In this document: positions 9,044-18,554 of the stretch, one piece after another
Position numbering within the stretch: position 1 is the first letter of the stretch
How the letters are laid out: the number at the start of each line of letters is the position of its first letter
Source: Thermoanaerobaculia bacterium
Lineage (GTDB): Bacteria > Acidobacteriota > Thermoanaerobaculia > Multivoradales > JAIOJS01
DNA: 64,000 bases
NCBI GenBank assembly: GCA_963806095.1
Contig: CAWDWV010000002.1
Location: 1,781,424 to 1,845,423 of the forward strand
Reading direction: 5' to 3'
The notes under the pieces: generated by a model
The model's input: only the letters and a program-made list of their open reading frames with translations
Databases searched by the model: none
Told to the model about the DNA's origin: nothing
Made by a program: the position numbers and the translations under genes

Positions 9044-10390
9044 TCAACCGGCGGCGGGCTGCGGTCCGGCGTTGCCGGCCGCGGCCGCGACGGCGCCGCC
9101 GGCGAGTCGCTCCGCCAGCCGCGCCGCCTTCGCCTGCAGTCCCGGCGGCAGACCGGCAAGGCCGCGCGCCGTCGCCAGCAGACGCGCCGCAGCCGCGGCG
9201 TCGTGCGCCAGCACGCCGTCGGCGGCGCGCAGCAGCAGCGCCGGCAAGTCGGGATCGGCGGCGAGCCGCGGCAGGAGCTGCTCGAGCAGCGCCGCGCCTT
9301 CCAGCCACTCGCCGTCGCGCAGGCGGTGGCGCACCAGCTGGCGCGCGGCGAGGAGCGCCTCGTCCTCGCGCCCGAGGTGTACGGCGAGATCCCAGAACGT
9401 CGCGAGCGCCTCGGCGTCGGGGTTGGGCCGCTCGACGGCCTCGGCGAGCAGCGTCCAGGCGCCGGGGTAGAGGCCGCGGTCGAGCAGCTTGCGCGCCTTG
9501 TCGAGGCGCGGGTCGCGCCGCCTCGGCACCGCCAACAGCTCGGGCTCCACCGGCCAGCGGCGCTGCACGTAGAAGGCGCCGGCGAGCCCGAAGAGGAACC
9601 CCCAGACGTGGGCCCAGTAGGCGACGCCGCCGGCGCCCGCCGCCGCCACGTCGCCGGCGAGCGCGTCGAGCAGCTCGCCGAGGAACCACAACGGCAGCAT
9701 GACCCAGGCCGGCGCGGTGAAGGTGCCGACGAAGCCGAGGACGACGGCGAAGCGGATGCGGCTCTTGCCGCGCAGCAACAGGAAGGCGCCGAGCACGCCG
9801 GCCACCGCTCCCGAGGCGCCCACCATCGGCACGTGCACGTGACGTTCGAGCAGCGCATACATGACGCCGGCGACGAGGCCGGCGGCGACGTAGAAGCCGG
9901 CGTAGAGGCGACGCCCCCAGGCGTCCTCGAGGAACGGCCCGGCGAGGTAGAGCATCAGCATGTTGCCGATCAGGTGCAGCCAGCCGCCATGCAGGAACAT
10001 GTGGGTGAGAAGCGCGAGCAGCCGCGGCTCGGCGGGCACCAGGCCGCCGCGCCACAGCGGGTGGCGGCGGAGGTCGGCGCGCCAGGCGGCGGTGAGCTGG
10101 TCGAGGTGCGCCTGCTCGGCGGCAGCGTCGCCACGGTCGCCGCCGACGAGGCCCGAGCGCTCGAGCTGCGCCAGCTCGCCGGCGGGGATGAGCTCGGCGT
10201 CGACCTTCAGATACGGGTGCGCGAGGGCGTACTCGAAGGCGGCGCTGAAGCTGTCGTCGAGGCGGCGCTCGAGGTCGCGGCCGCCGAAGCGCACTCCCAC
10301 GTGCACGACGAAGCAGACGGCGATGAGGCCGAGGGTGACCCACGGCGCGCGGCGGACGGTGCCGTCCTCGTGGCCGATGGGGATGATCAC
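9044..10390 (-). CDS. Rhomboid intramembrane serine protease with helical C-terminal extension
   Basis: HMFLHGGWLHLIGNM, VGASGAV, AYWAHVWGF. Confidence 0.93.
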   Translation of the reverse strand: MIIPIGHEDGTVRRAPWVTLGLIAVCFVVHVGVRFGGRDLERRLDDSFSAAFEYALAHPYLKVDAELIPAGELAQLERSGLVGGDRGDAAAEQAHLDQLTAAWRADLRRHPLWRGGLVPAEPRLLALLTHMFLHGGWLHLIGNMLMLYLAGPFLEDAWGRRLYAGFYVAAGLVAGVMYALLERHVHVPMVGASGAVAGVLGAFLLLRGKSRIRFAVVLGFVGTFTAPAWVMLPLWFLGELLDALAGDVAAAGAGGVAYWAHVWGFLFGLAGAFYVQRRWPVEPELLAVPRRRDPRLDKARKLLDRGLYPGAWTLLAEAVERPNPDAEALATFWDLAVHLGREDEALLAARQLVRHRLRDGEWLEGAALLEQLLPRLAADPDLPALLLRAADGVLAHDAAAAARLLATARGLAGLPPGLQAKAARLAERLAGGAVAAAAGNAGPQPAAG

Positions 10391-10475
10391 GGGGCGATCA
10401 CGGCTGTCTGGGCTACGATGCCGGCGACGTTAGCATGCGCCGCGGCGCTGCCGCCGGCCACACGGAGGAGCGACG

Positions 10476-10853
10476 GTGAACGACGAGACGGCGGTGGTGA
10501 AGCGGGCGACCGCGGTGCCGGGCAAGGTCGTGGCGGCCGGCCGCGCCACCGAGGTGCAGGTGTTGCTCGGCCCCGACGACGGCGCGCCGCACTTCGCCAT
10601 GCGCCGCTTCGTCATGGGCGAGGGCGGCGGCATGCCCCGCCACACCAACACCGTCGAGCACGAGCAGTACGTGCTGCGCGGGCGGGCGCGCGTTTCGGCG
10701 GGCGACCGCGTGCACGAGGTGAGCAGCGGCGACGTGCTCTACATCCCGGCCGGGATGCCGCACTCCTACGAGGTGGTGGAGGCGCCCTTCGAGTTCCTCT
10801 GCCTGGTGCCCAACCTGCCCGACAAGCTCGAGGTCCTGGGCGAAGGCTGCTAG
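10476..10853 (+). CDS. Cupin domain protein
   Basis: PRHTN...EHEQYVLRG...GDVLYIPAGMPHSY; GGAG upstream. Confidence 0.9.
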   Translation: MNDETAVVKRATAVPGKVVAAGRATEVQVLLGPDDGAPHFAMRRFVMGEGGGMPRHTNTVEHEQYVLRGRARVSAGDRVHEVSSGDVLYIPAGMPHSYEVVEAPFEFLCLVPNLPDKLEVLGEGC

Positions 10854-10869
10854 CGCGGCCGAACGTTCG

Positions 10870-11214
10870 GTGATGCCGATGATCGTCGCGCAGGCCCTTC
10901 CGCCGCTGTGGACGATGGGCGTCGCCGCCTGGCTCCTCGTCGCCATCCCGCTGGCCTTCTCGGTTTCCTTGATGGCGATCGTCTTCACGGTGACTCCGCA
11001 ACGCGGCCACAGATTCGTGCGGGTGCTCGCGCTCCTCGGTCTGGTCGTCGGTCTGTTCCACGCCGCGTTGATCGCCTGGTTCGCATCGTTCGCCGAGCTG
11101 GAACGTCCCGGCCTCGAAGAATGGCTCTGGATCGCCATGATGGCCGCGACGGTCGCCCTGTCGGCGGCGGCCTGGGTGCGCTCTCGGGCCGGCCGCCGAG
11201 TCGCTGCAGCCTAG
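10870..11214 (+). CDS. Small membrane protein
   Basis: Three hydrophobic segments; fills the gap between genes. Confidence 0.6.
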   Translation: MMPMIVAQALPPLWTMGVAAWLLVAIPLAFSVSLMAIVFTVTPQRGHRFVRVLALLGLVVGLFHAALIAWFASFAELERPGLEEWLWIAMMAATVALSAAAWVRSRAGRRVAAA

Positions 11215-11924
11215 TCGCGTAGCGAAATGCCCAGCGACAGCTGCGGCACCAGCAGCTGCGTCTCGACGCGGCCGCCGTCGACGAGGTCGGCACGCACGTC
11301 GGCCCACGAGAGGATCGCTTCGCCGACCAGCGAGATGTGCTCGTCGAGGGGCACGTCGAGCCCGATGACGCCACGGAGTGCCGGCCCGGCGAGCTGGTAC
11401 TCGTCGGTGCGGATGCCGTCGATCTGCGCCTCGACGTGCGGCACGACGACGCCGGCGCCGAGGCCGAGGTAGAGCGCCACGCCGATCAACTGGTCGCCGC
11501 GCCTCGGCGTCGTCCACCAGCGGCGGTAGGCGTTGACCGTCGCCATGTTGAGGCCGTGCGAGAACTGCAGTCCCGGAACGACGTCGCCCACCAGCACCGG
11601 CCCTGCGACGGGCACGCCGTCGAGCCTGCCCTCGGCGAGCACCGAGTCGCCGGTCTCGAGGATCGCCTTGGGGTGGGTGAAGTCGACGCCGAGGCCCCAC
11701 TCGCGGTGCTTGGGCAGCCACCAGGTGAGGCCCAGGCCGTAGTAGATCGGCGAGCGGTAGGACGCGTCGTCCCAGGCGACGTCGCGCAGCGTGACGTCGG
11801 TGCCGCCGGGGCGGCTCAGGTGCAGGTCGCTGCTATTCACCCAGGCCCCGCCCGAGCGGAGGGTGAGCACCAGCTGCGCCGCGGCGGCCGCGGGCACCAG
11901 CAGGGCGAAGGCGAAGCCGAGCAT
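11211..11924 (-). CDS. Outer-membrane beta-barrel, lipid A oxidase (LpxQ)-like
   Basis: Signal peptide; PIYYG..TWW, DFTHPK, FSHGLN, VPHVE, YQLAGPA resemble LpxQ-family motifs. Confidence 0.7.
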   Translation of the reverse strand: MLGFAFALLVPAAAAAQLVLTLRSGGAWVNSSDLHLSRPGGTDVTLRDVAWDDASYRSPIYYGLGLTWWLPKHREWGLGVDFTHPKAILETGDSVLAEGRLDGVPVAGPVLVGDVVPGLQFSHGLNMATVNAYRRWWTTPRRGDQLIGVALYLGLGAGVVVPHVEAQIDGIRTDEYQLAGPALRGVIGLDVPLDEHISLVGEAILSWADVRADLVDGGRVETQLLVPQLSLGISLRD

Positions 11925-12002
11925 GACAGCGCGCGTCGCGGCTCGCCGGGCCTTGCAACCCGCGGGCGGCGGCACCGTACCAGGCTTGGTGACCGGGCCC
12001 TC

Positions 12003-12047
12003 TTGACGACAGCTGTCGTTACCGATTATCCTGACGACAGTTGTAGT
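12003..12047 (+). promoter_or_regulatory. BlaI-type operator pair overlapping a sigma70-like promoter
   Basis: ACGACAGCTGTCGT (12006-12019, perfect palindrome) and ACGACAGTTGTAGT (12034-12047); TTGACG-N18-TATCCT. Confidence 0.75.
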
Positions 12048-12078
12048 GACTCAAGATCACGCAGGGATCGGAGGTCAG

Positions 12079-12474
12079 ATGGCGCGCACGCGAGCGAGTG
12101 GAGTGGGCGAGCGGGAGCTGGCGCTGCTGCGCTGGGTGGCGGCGCAGGGCGGCGCCACCGTCGGCGAGGCGGCCGACGGCTTCGGGGCGGCGGACGGTCT
12201 CGCCCGTAGCACGGTGCAGACGATGCTCGAACGGTTGCACGAGAAGGGCTTCCTGCGCCGGCGCCGGCAGGGGGGAGTCTACCGCTATGCGGCGGCGCAG
12301 CCGGCGGGCGAGCTGCTGCGCGGGCTGGTGCACTCCTTCGTCGAGGGCACGCTCGGCGGCTCGCTGTCGCCCTTCGTCGCCTACCTGGTCGAGGAGGGCG
12401 CCGCGAGCGCCGAGGAGCGCGCCGCGCTGGCGCAGCTCGTGGAACGGCTGGAGGAGAGGAAGGGGGAGCCGTGA
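12079..12474 (+). CDS. BlaI/MecI/CopY family repressor
   Basis: GERELALLRWV, LARSTVQTMLERLHEKGFL, GGSLSPFVAYL; GGAGG upstream. Confidence 0.93.
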   Translation: MARTRASGVGERELALLRWVAAQGGATVGEAADGFGAADGLARSTVQTMLERLHEKGFLRRRRQGGVYRYAAAQPAGELLRGLVHSFVEGTLGGSLSPFVAYLVEEGAASAEERAALAQLVERLEERKGEP

Positions 12475-14414
12475 ACGCCGTCGACGCGCTGGCGGGAATC
12501 ACCTCGCGACTGATCGAGACCTCGCTCGTCGGCGGCCTGCTGGCGCTGCTGGTGTGGGCGCTCTGCCGCGCTCGTGCCCGCGCTGCCGCCGGCGGTGCGC
12601 TGCTGGCTGTGGTGGGGCGTGGCGCTCAAGATGCTGCTCGGGCTGCTGCCGTTGCCCGCGCTGTCGCTGCCGTTGCTGCCCGCAGGTCGTGGCAACGAAA
12701 CAGCGGTGATGCGTCTCGCGCCGATGCCGGCCGCCGTCGAGCAGCACGCGGCCGTCGCGCACCGCTGCCCAGCCGTCGGCTGAGCTCCGCGCCGCGCGAC
12801 GCCGCCACCGCACCGGCGCCAAGCTCTCCGTCGCCCAGCCCTCCGCCCTGGCGCGCGCTGCTCGCGGCCCTCTGGCTCGCCGGCGTCGCGGTCGCGCTCG
12901 CCCGCGCCGTCGTAGATCTGCTGCGGGCGCGACGAGTGGTGCGCGCGGCCGAGCCGGTCCGCGACGCGGCGCTGCTCGCCGCCTTCGACGACCTGCGTCG
13001 CCGCCTCGACGTCCCCGCCGCCGAGCTGCGCATCTCGCTCGACGCGGCGACGCCGCAGGTGGTCGGAGTGCGCCGGCCGGTCGTGCTGCTGCCGCGCGGC
13101 ATTTGCGAACGGCTCGCACGACGAGGAGCTGGCGATGGCGCTCGGCCACGAGCTGCTGCACGTGCGGCGCGCCGACCTGCTGCTCGGCTTGGTGCCGGCG
13201 CTCGCGGCGCGCTGCTTCTTCTTCCACCCGCTCGCGCGCCTGGTCGAGCGCGAGCACGCGCTCGCCCGCGAGGCGGCTTGCGACGCGGCGGTGGTGGCGC
13301 GCCTCGCACCTTCGCCGCGTGCCTACGGCCGGCTGCTGCTCGAGCTCGCACTGGGCTGCGGAGCGCCGCTGCGCACCGCCGCCGCCGCCGTCACCCACCC
13401 GACGCTGCAGAGGAGGCTCCAGATGCTGCTCCGCCCCGCCCGCCCGTTCCGTCCCGTGCTCGCCGCGCCGCTGCTGCTCCTCGGCCTCGGCGCTCCTCTT
13501 GCCGTTGCGGGTCACGGCCCGCGAAGAGGTAGCCGCCGCCATCCCGGTCGCGCCCGTCGCCGTCCCGGCCACTCGCGCAGCCGAGCCGGCCATTCCCGCA
13601 ACTCCGACTGAGCCAGCCACCGCGGCGCTCGTGACGCTGGCGCAGGCCGCACCGCCCGCCGAGCCCGCCCGGGCGCGCGCCGAACGGGACGACGACGAGG
13701 CCTGGATCCTCTTCCGCGACGACGAGCGCAGGATGGCGGACGGCAGCATCGGCGACATCGAGCGCGGCCGCGCGCCACCAGCGCGATGGCGAGCCGCTCT
13801 TCTGGGTGCGGCGCGGCGACGAGGAGTGGGTGGTCCGCGACCCCGCCTTCCTCGCCCGCGTCGACGCGCTGTTCGAGGGTGTGCGCGAGCTCGGCGCCAG
13901 ACAGGCAGAGCTCGGCAGCAAGCAGGCGGAGCTCGGCGGCAGGCAGGCCGAGCTCGGTTCGAAGCAGGCGGAGCTCGGCACCCACCAGGCCGAGCTGGGC
14001 TCGCAGATGGCGGCGCTCGGCAGCCAGCAGGGGACGCTCGGAGCGCAGATGGCGCAGCTCAACGCGAAACACGCGTCGCTCGCCGCGCGGCAGCACGGTG
14101 CCGATGAGGCGGAGCGAGCCGCCATCGAGCGCCAGGCGCACGAGCTCGAGCGCGCGATCGGCGACCTCGAGCGCCAGATGGAGCAGCTCGGCGAGCGGCA
14201 GAACGACCTCGGGCGCCGGCAGAGCGAGCTCGGCGAGCGCCAGAGCGAGCTGGGCGGCAAGCAGGGCGAGCTCGGCGGCAAACAGGGCGAGCTCGGCGAG
14301 CGGCAGAGCGATCTGGGGCGGCAGCAGCAGCAGGCCTCGGAGGAGGCGAAGCGCGCGGTGGCCACGATCGTCGACGAGGCGATCCGCAGCGGCCTCGCGA
14401 CCCGCGTCGAGTAG
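12471..14414 (+). CDS. M56 (BlaR1/MecR1-like) metallopeptidase with heptad-repeat C-terminus (several frameshifts)
   Basis: TPQVVGVRRPVVLLP, HELLH, FFHPL, REAACD spread across frames; directly follows blaI. Confidence 0.85.
13901..14330 (+). repeat. 21-bp / 7-aa tandem repeats (QAELGSK-like) in two blocks
   Basis: QAELGSK QAELGGR QAELGSK QAELGTH QAELGSQ...; QSELGER QSELGGK QGELGGK QGELGER. Confidence 0.85.
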
Positions 14415-14643
14415 CGCTCGCACCGAGCCGCCTGCAGGCCGCCCTCGGCCCGAGGACGGACCGCGCCGTCGGCGCCCATCGGGGGGCATCGCAAATCGCT
14501 GCAAATAGCGTCGTTTGACAAGCGACTTGCTGGCCAGCCGGCTCGGTGGTATGCGCCTTGCTGACTGCTGCCTGGGCCGCGCACCCGGCCCTATCGAGGC
14601 CACAACCCTTGAAAACCCGGCGCGGCCGCCGAGGAGGTGCACC

Positions 14644-16306
14644 ATGAAACGCCAGTACCGAGCGTTTCTGTTGAGCTTCGTGCTGCTCGCCGCGCCGGCC
14701 GCCGCCGGCCAGGGTGGGCAGGGGCAGGGTCGCGGCGACGGCGCCAAGGCGCGAGTCGAGCGACAGGCTGCCCGCCAGAACGTCCAGAACGCCAAGCAGA
14801 ACCGTGCGGCCCACCGCCAGGCGGCCGCGCAACGTCAACAAAAGGTCCGCGCCGACCGGCAGCAAGGCCGCGCGACGCGCCAGCAGGTCCGCGCCGAGCG
14901 TCAAGTGCGAGCCGAGCGTCGTCAGGTGAGCGGCGAACGCAAGGGCGCGCGCGTCGAGCGCAAGGCCGCGCAGGTCGAGCGGCGCGCCGCCGCCGTGGAG
15001 CGTCGCCAGGCCCGCGTCGAGCGCCGCCAGACGGCGGTGATGGACAACGAGACGCGGCGCGAGGTCAGCCGCGGCAACAACGCCGCGCAGCAGCGCGTCG
15101 TCCGCCAGCAGCGGGAGGCGCAGCAACTGCGCACGGCGGAGCGCGATCATCGGGCGGCGTTCGAACGCCAGCAACAGCGCAACCTCCGCCAGGAGCGGGC
15201 GACCGCCCGCGCCGAGCAACGACGGGCACTGGTGGAGCAGGGCCGACTGGCCCGCGAGGAGCGCCGGGCCGTCCGCGTCGACCGTGCCCAGCGCGGCGAC
15301 CGACTCGTCGCGCGCCAGGCCTTCCTCGTCGACGACGCGCGTTGGGCGCGGCAGCAGCGCGTGCTGCGCCGCCAGCAGCCAGCCGCGGGTCCGATGCGGT
15401 TCCGCGGCATCGACCGCGACGGCAACGGCGTGGTCTCCCGCCTCGAGTGGCGGGGCAACGACCGCTCGTTCTCCAACCACGACTGGAACGGCGACGGCGT
15501 CCTCTCGGGCGCCGAGGTCGTGCCGGGCGGTCAGCCGTCTGGCGGCGCGCCGAGCGCTTCTCCTTCGTCGAGCGCTTCGTACCGCTGCCTCGACGTTTCG
15601 TGGCGCCGGTGCCGCTGGTAGCGATGCCGCTCGGGCCGGTGCCGGTGGCCTTCGTGCCGCTGCCGCCGCTCTCGACGGCGTTGCCGTTCTCGTTCGACGA
15701 GACGCGGTGGGAGACGGTCTTCCGCACGCAGGGCTTCGGCCCCGTCGACCTGGTGGTGAGCCGCGTCGACTTCGCGCCGGTCGACCGCGTGCTGGTCGCC
15801 GACCGCTTCGTCTAGCGCTCGACGCCGACCGCGACCGCTTCGTCAGCTACGACGAGTGGACGGGGCCGCGGCCGATCTTCCGCCGGCTCGACCTCGACGA
15901 CGACCGCTTCCTGGTGCCGAGCGAGCTGGTGGTGAGCCGTCCGCTGGTGCGTCGGTGACGCTGGTCGACCGCGATCGCTACGTCGCCTTCGCAGCTGATC
16001 GACGTCGACGACGACGACGTCGTCGCGCCGTGGGAGTGGACCGGAGACATGGACGTCTTCTTCCTGCTCGACGTCGACGACAACGGCGTGCTCGACCAGT
16101 CCGAGTACCTCGGCCTGGTGCGCTCGGAGCCGGTGCCGGTGCGGCTGATCGCCGGTGGGGCGCTCGACCTCGACGGCAACGGCTACGTCACCCGCTACGA
16201 GTGGGTGGGCGATCCCTACCGCTTCGTCAGCCTCGACCTCAACGCCGACGGCCGGGTGAAGCCGGCGGAGGCCGTGGCCGGGGCCCTGCTGGCGACGCAG
16301 ATCTGA
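14644..16306 (+). CDS. Secreted multi-EF-hand protein with Arg/Gln-rich N-terminal half (frameshifted)
   Basis: Signal peptide, AGGAGG upstream; DxDxxG loops DRDGNG, DWNGDG, DADRD, DLDDD, DVDDD, DVDDNG, DLDGNG, DLNADG in successive frames. Confidence 0.75.
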
Positions 16307-16370
16307 GCCGGGCCTGGCCGGGTGGGTCATCGACGCCCCGTCGCGAGCGACTCGCGGCGGGGCGTTGGCA

Positions 16371-16444
16371 TCGAGATCGCTTCGCTGCGCTCGCGATGAC
16401 AGTGCCACGTCATCGCGAGGAGCGCAGCGACGAAGCGATCTCGA
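16371..16444. repeat. REP pair, CGTC-type family (copy 1)
   Basis: TCGAGATCGCTTCGCTGCGCTCGCGATGAC...GTCATCGCGAGGAGCGCAGCGACGAAGCGATCTCGA; recurs at 18457 and 51931. Confidence 0.85.
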
Positions 16445-16473
16445 CGTTGCCGGCAGCCAAGGTCGCCGGGTGC

Positions 16474-16515
16474 TTGCGTCGAATCCATGGTTCGAGTATA
16501 GTTGGCACGTGCAAC
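16474..16515 (+). promoter_or_regulatory. marR promoter with TAGTTG-N7-CAAC operator
   Basis: TTGCGT-N17-TATAGT; TAGTTG-GCACGTG-CAAC at 16499-16515. Confidence 0.7.
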
Positions 16516-17180
16516 GAACTCCGGCGAGCCCGAAACCCGCCGACGGCCTCCGCGCCGCACGTCCGCCGCGACGGTCGCGGGCCGAGGCTGCCGGCCGCGT
16601 CACGGGCCACGCATCTGGCGGTCCCGGCGATCCCGGCCTCGACGCCGACGCGCTGGCGATGCACCGCGTGCTCTCCGATCTCGTGCGGATGCTGCAGTTC
16701 CGCGACCGCGACCGCATCTGTTGCCACGACGTCTCGGTGACCCAGTGCTATGCCCTCGAGGCGCTGGTGGTGCGCGGCGAGCTGACGCTCAACGAGCTGG
16801 CGCGCGAGCTCTACCTCGACAAGAGCACCGCCAGCCGCGTCGTCGATGCGTTGGTGGCGAAGAGCTACGCCGAGCGGCGGCCACACCCCGAGGATGGCCG
16901 GGCGGTGCTGCTCACCCCGACACGCTCGGGGCGGCAGCTCTACGCCACCATCGACGCCGAGCTGCTCGGCGAGGTGCGCGGCGTGGTGGCGGGGTTTTCG
17001 CCGGCGGTGCGGCAGTCGATGTCGGAAGTGCTGCGGCGGCTGGTGCGCGCCGCGGGGCCGCGGCTCACGACGGGTCTCGCGGCCTGCTGCGGGGATGCCG
17101 CGGGCGAGGGTTGCGCTCCCGTCGTCGAGCCGGTGGCTGAGTCCCGGCCGAGCGTTCGGCCGGCGCGTCGTCGGAGCTGA
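16509..17180 (+). CDS. Cys-rich MarR family regulator (probably arsenic-responsive)
   Basis: DRICCHDVSVTQCYALE, LYLDKSTASRVVD, HPEDGR, C-terminal ACCG; upstream of arsM. Start uncertain. Confidence 0.88.
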   Translation: MQRTPASPKPADGLRAARPPRRSRAEAAGRVTGHASGGPGDPGLDADALAMHRVLSDLVRMLQFRDRDRICCHDVSVTQCYALEALVVRGELTLNELARELYLDKSTASRVVDALVAKSYAERRPHPEDGRAVLLTPTRSGRQLYATIDAELLGEVRGVVAGFSPAVRQSMSEVLRRLVRAAGPRLTTGLAACCGDAAGEGCAPVVEPVAESRPSVRPARRRS

Positions 17181-17219
17181 TGGCTGGATTCGGAGTCGGA
17201 CGTTTCACTTTCGGTAAGG

Positions 17220-17236
17220 TAGTTGTCACTAACAAC
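17220..17236 (+). promoter_or_regulatory. Second TAGTTG-N7-CAAC operator before arsM
   Basis: TAGTTG-TCACTAA-CAAC immediately before the AGGAGA ribosome-binding site. Confidence 0.7.
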
Positions 17237-17248
17237 AGGAGACGAGAC

Positions 17249-18172
17249 ATGGGCGGCAACGAGCAACAGGTGACGGGTAGCGCGGTGGCGGTCGAGCCGG
17301 CGAAGGCGGTGGTGTCGGCGGGGTGCGGCTGCGGCGTGCCGGCGGCGACGCCGCCGGGCGGCGACGAGGCGATCCGCGAGGCGGTGCGGCGCCGCTACGC
17401 GGCGGCGGCGAAGCAGGTGGAGACCGGCGAGGAGGGCTGTCCGTGCGGGTGCGCCGACCCGATCACCTCCGACCTCTACGGCGCGGGCGAGACCAGCGGG
17501 CTGCCGGGCACCGCCGTGCAGGCGTCGCTCGGCTGCGGCAACCCGGTGGCGCTCGCCGAGCTGCGCGAGGGCGAGGTGGTGCTCGACCTCGGCTCGGGCG
17601 GCGGCCTCGACGTGCTGCTGTCGGCGCGCCGCGTCGGGCCCACGGGCAAGGCGTACGGGCTCGACATGACGGACGAGATGCTGGCTCTGGCGCGCCGGCA
17701 CCAGGCCGAATCGGGCGTCGCCAACGCCGAGTTCCTCAAGGGGCAGTTGGAGGCGGTGCCGCTGCCCGACGCGAGCGTCGACGTGGTGCTCTCGAACTGC
17801 GTCGTGAACCTGTCGACGGACAAGGACCGCGTCTTCGCCGAGGCCTTCCGCGTGCTGCGGCCGGGCGGGCGGCTGGCGATCGCCGACATCGTCGTCGAGG
17901 GGGAGGTGCCGGCGGCGTTGCGGCGCGCGATCGAGCTGTGGAGCGGGTGCCTGGCGGGGGCGCTCGAGGTGGAGGAGGCGCGGGGGAAGCTCGTCGCGGC
18001 CGGGTTCGCGGAGGTGGACATCGAGATCACGCGGACTTACGGGCCGGAGGCGCTGGGCGAGGCGGGGCTGAAGCTGTTGGCGGAGTTGGGAGTGGACCCG
18101 GCGACGGTGCCGGGGCGGTTTGCTTCGGCCTTCGTGAGGGGGAAGAAGCCGGCGGCGGCTGCGGCGGCCTGA
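17249..18172 (+). CDS. arsM: Arsenite S-adenosylmethionine methyltransferase
   Basis: SLGCGNP, VLDLGSGGGLD, YGLDMTDEM, SNCVVNLS, WSGCLAGA. Confidence 0.93.
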   Translation: MGGNEQQVTGSAVAVEPAKAVVSAGCGCGVPAATPPGGDEAIREAVRRRYAAAAKQVETGEEGCPCGCADPITSDLYGAGETSGLPGTAVQASLGCGNPVALAELREGEVVLDLGSGGGLDVLLSARRVGPTGKAYGLDMTDEMLALARRHQAESGVANAEFLKGQLEAVPLPDASVDVVLSNCVVNLSTDKDRVFAEAFRVLRPGGRLAIADIVVEGEVPAALRRAIELWSGCLAGALEVEEARGKLVAAGFAEVDIEITRTYGPEALGEAGLKLLAELGVDPATVPGRFASAFVRGKKPAAAAAA

Positions 18173-18456
18173 GCTGAGCGAGTCGCGGAGCGGACTCGGA
18201 CTCGGACTCCGAATCGGAGCGGCTCGGTCGGTACGTTTGTGCGTCGGCGAAGGGGGCCCGACGTGGGGCCCCGCCTGCCGGTCGGTATCCCACCGTGCTC
18301 GGCGCGCAGACGCGCCTCCGCGCGGTGGGAGCCCTCCGCCCGGCGCGCCCCACGTCGTGGCTTCTCTTCGCGAACGCTGGCAGAGCGAGCCGAAGTTGAT
18401 CGTCGCTGGGCCGCGAACGAAGTGACGACCGGGAGTCGCGAAGGGTTGTAGCATCC

Positions 18457-18494
18457 CGTCATCGCGAGGAGCGTAGCGACGAAGCGATCTCGAT
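18457..18494 (+). repeat. CGTC-type REP (copy 2, single unit)
   Basis: CGTCATCGCGAGGAGCGTAGCGACGAAGCGATCTCGA. Confidence 0.85.
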
Positions 18495-18554
18495 GCGGAG
18501 CGCTTCACGGTTGCAAGTAGGTTGCGCCGCGGCTGAGGGAGGGAGGAGTTCAGA

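Noticed and set aside
6262-10343. 1198-aa and 1286-aa ORFs, or a rhomboid-kinase fusion
   Set aside because: Upstream parts are Arg/Pro-rich off-frame readings; the rhomboid has its own stop at 9044 and the kinase its own ATG at 9020.
18191-18216. CGGACT microsatellite as a functional element
   Set aside because: Only about three to four units in intergenic DNA, with no other support.
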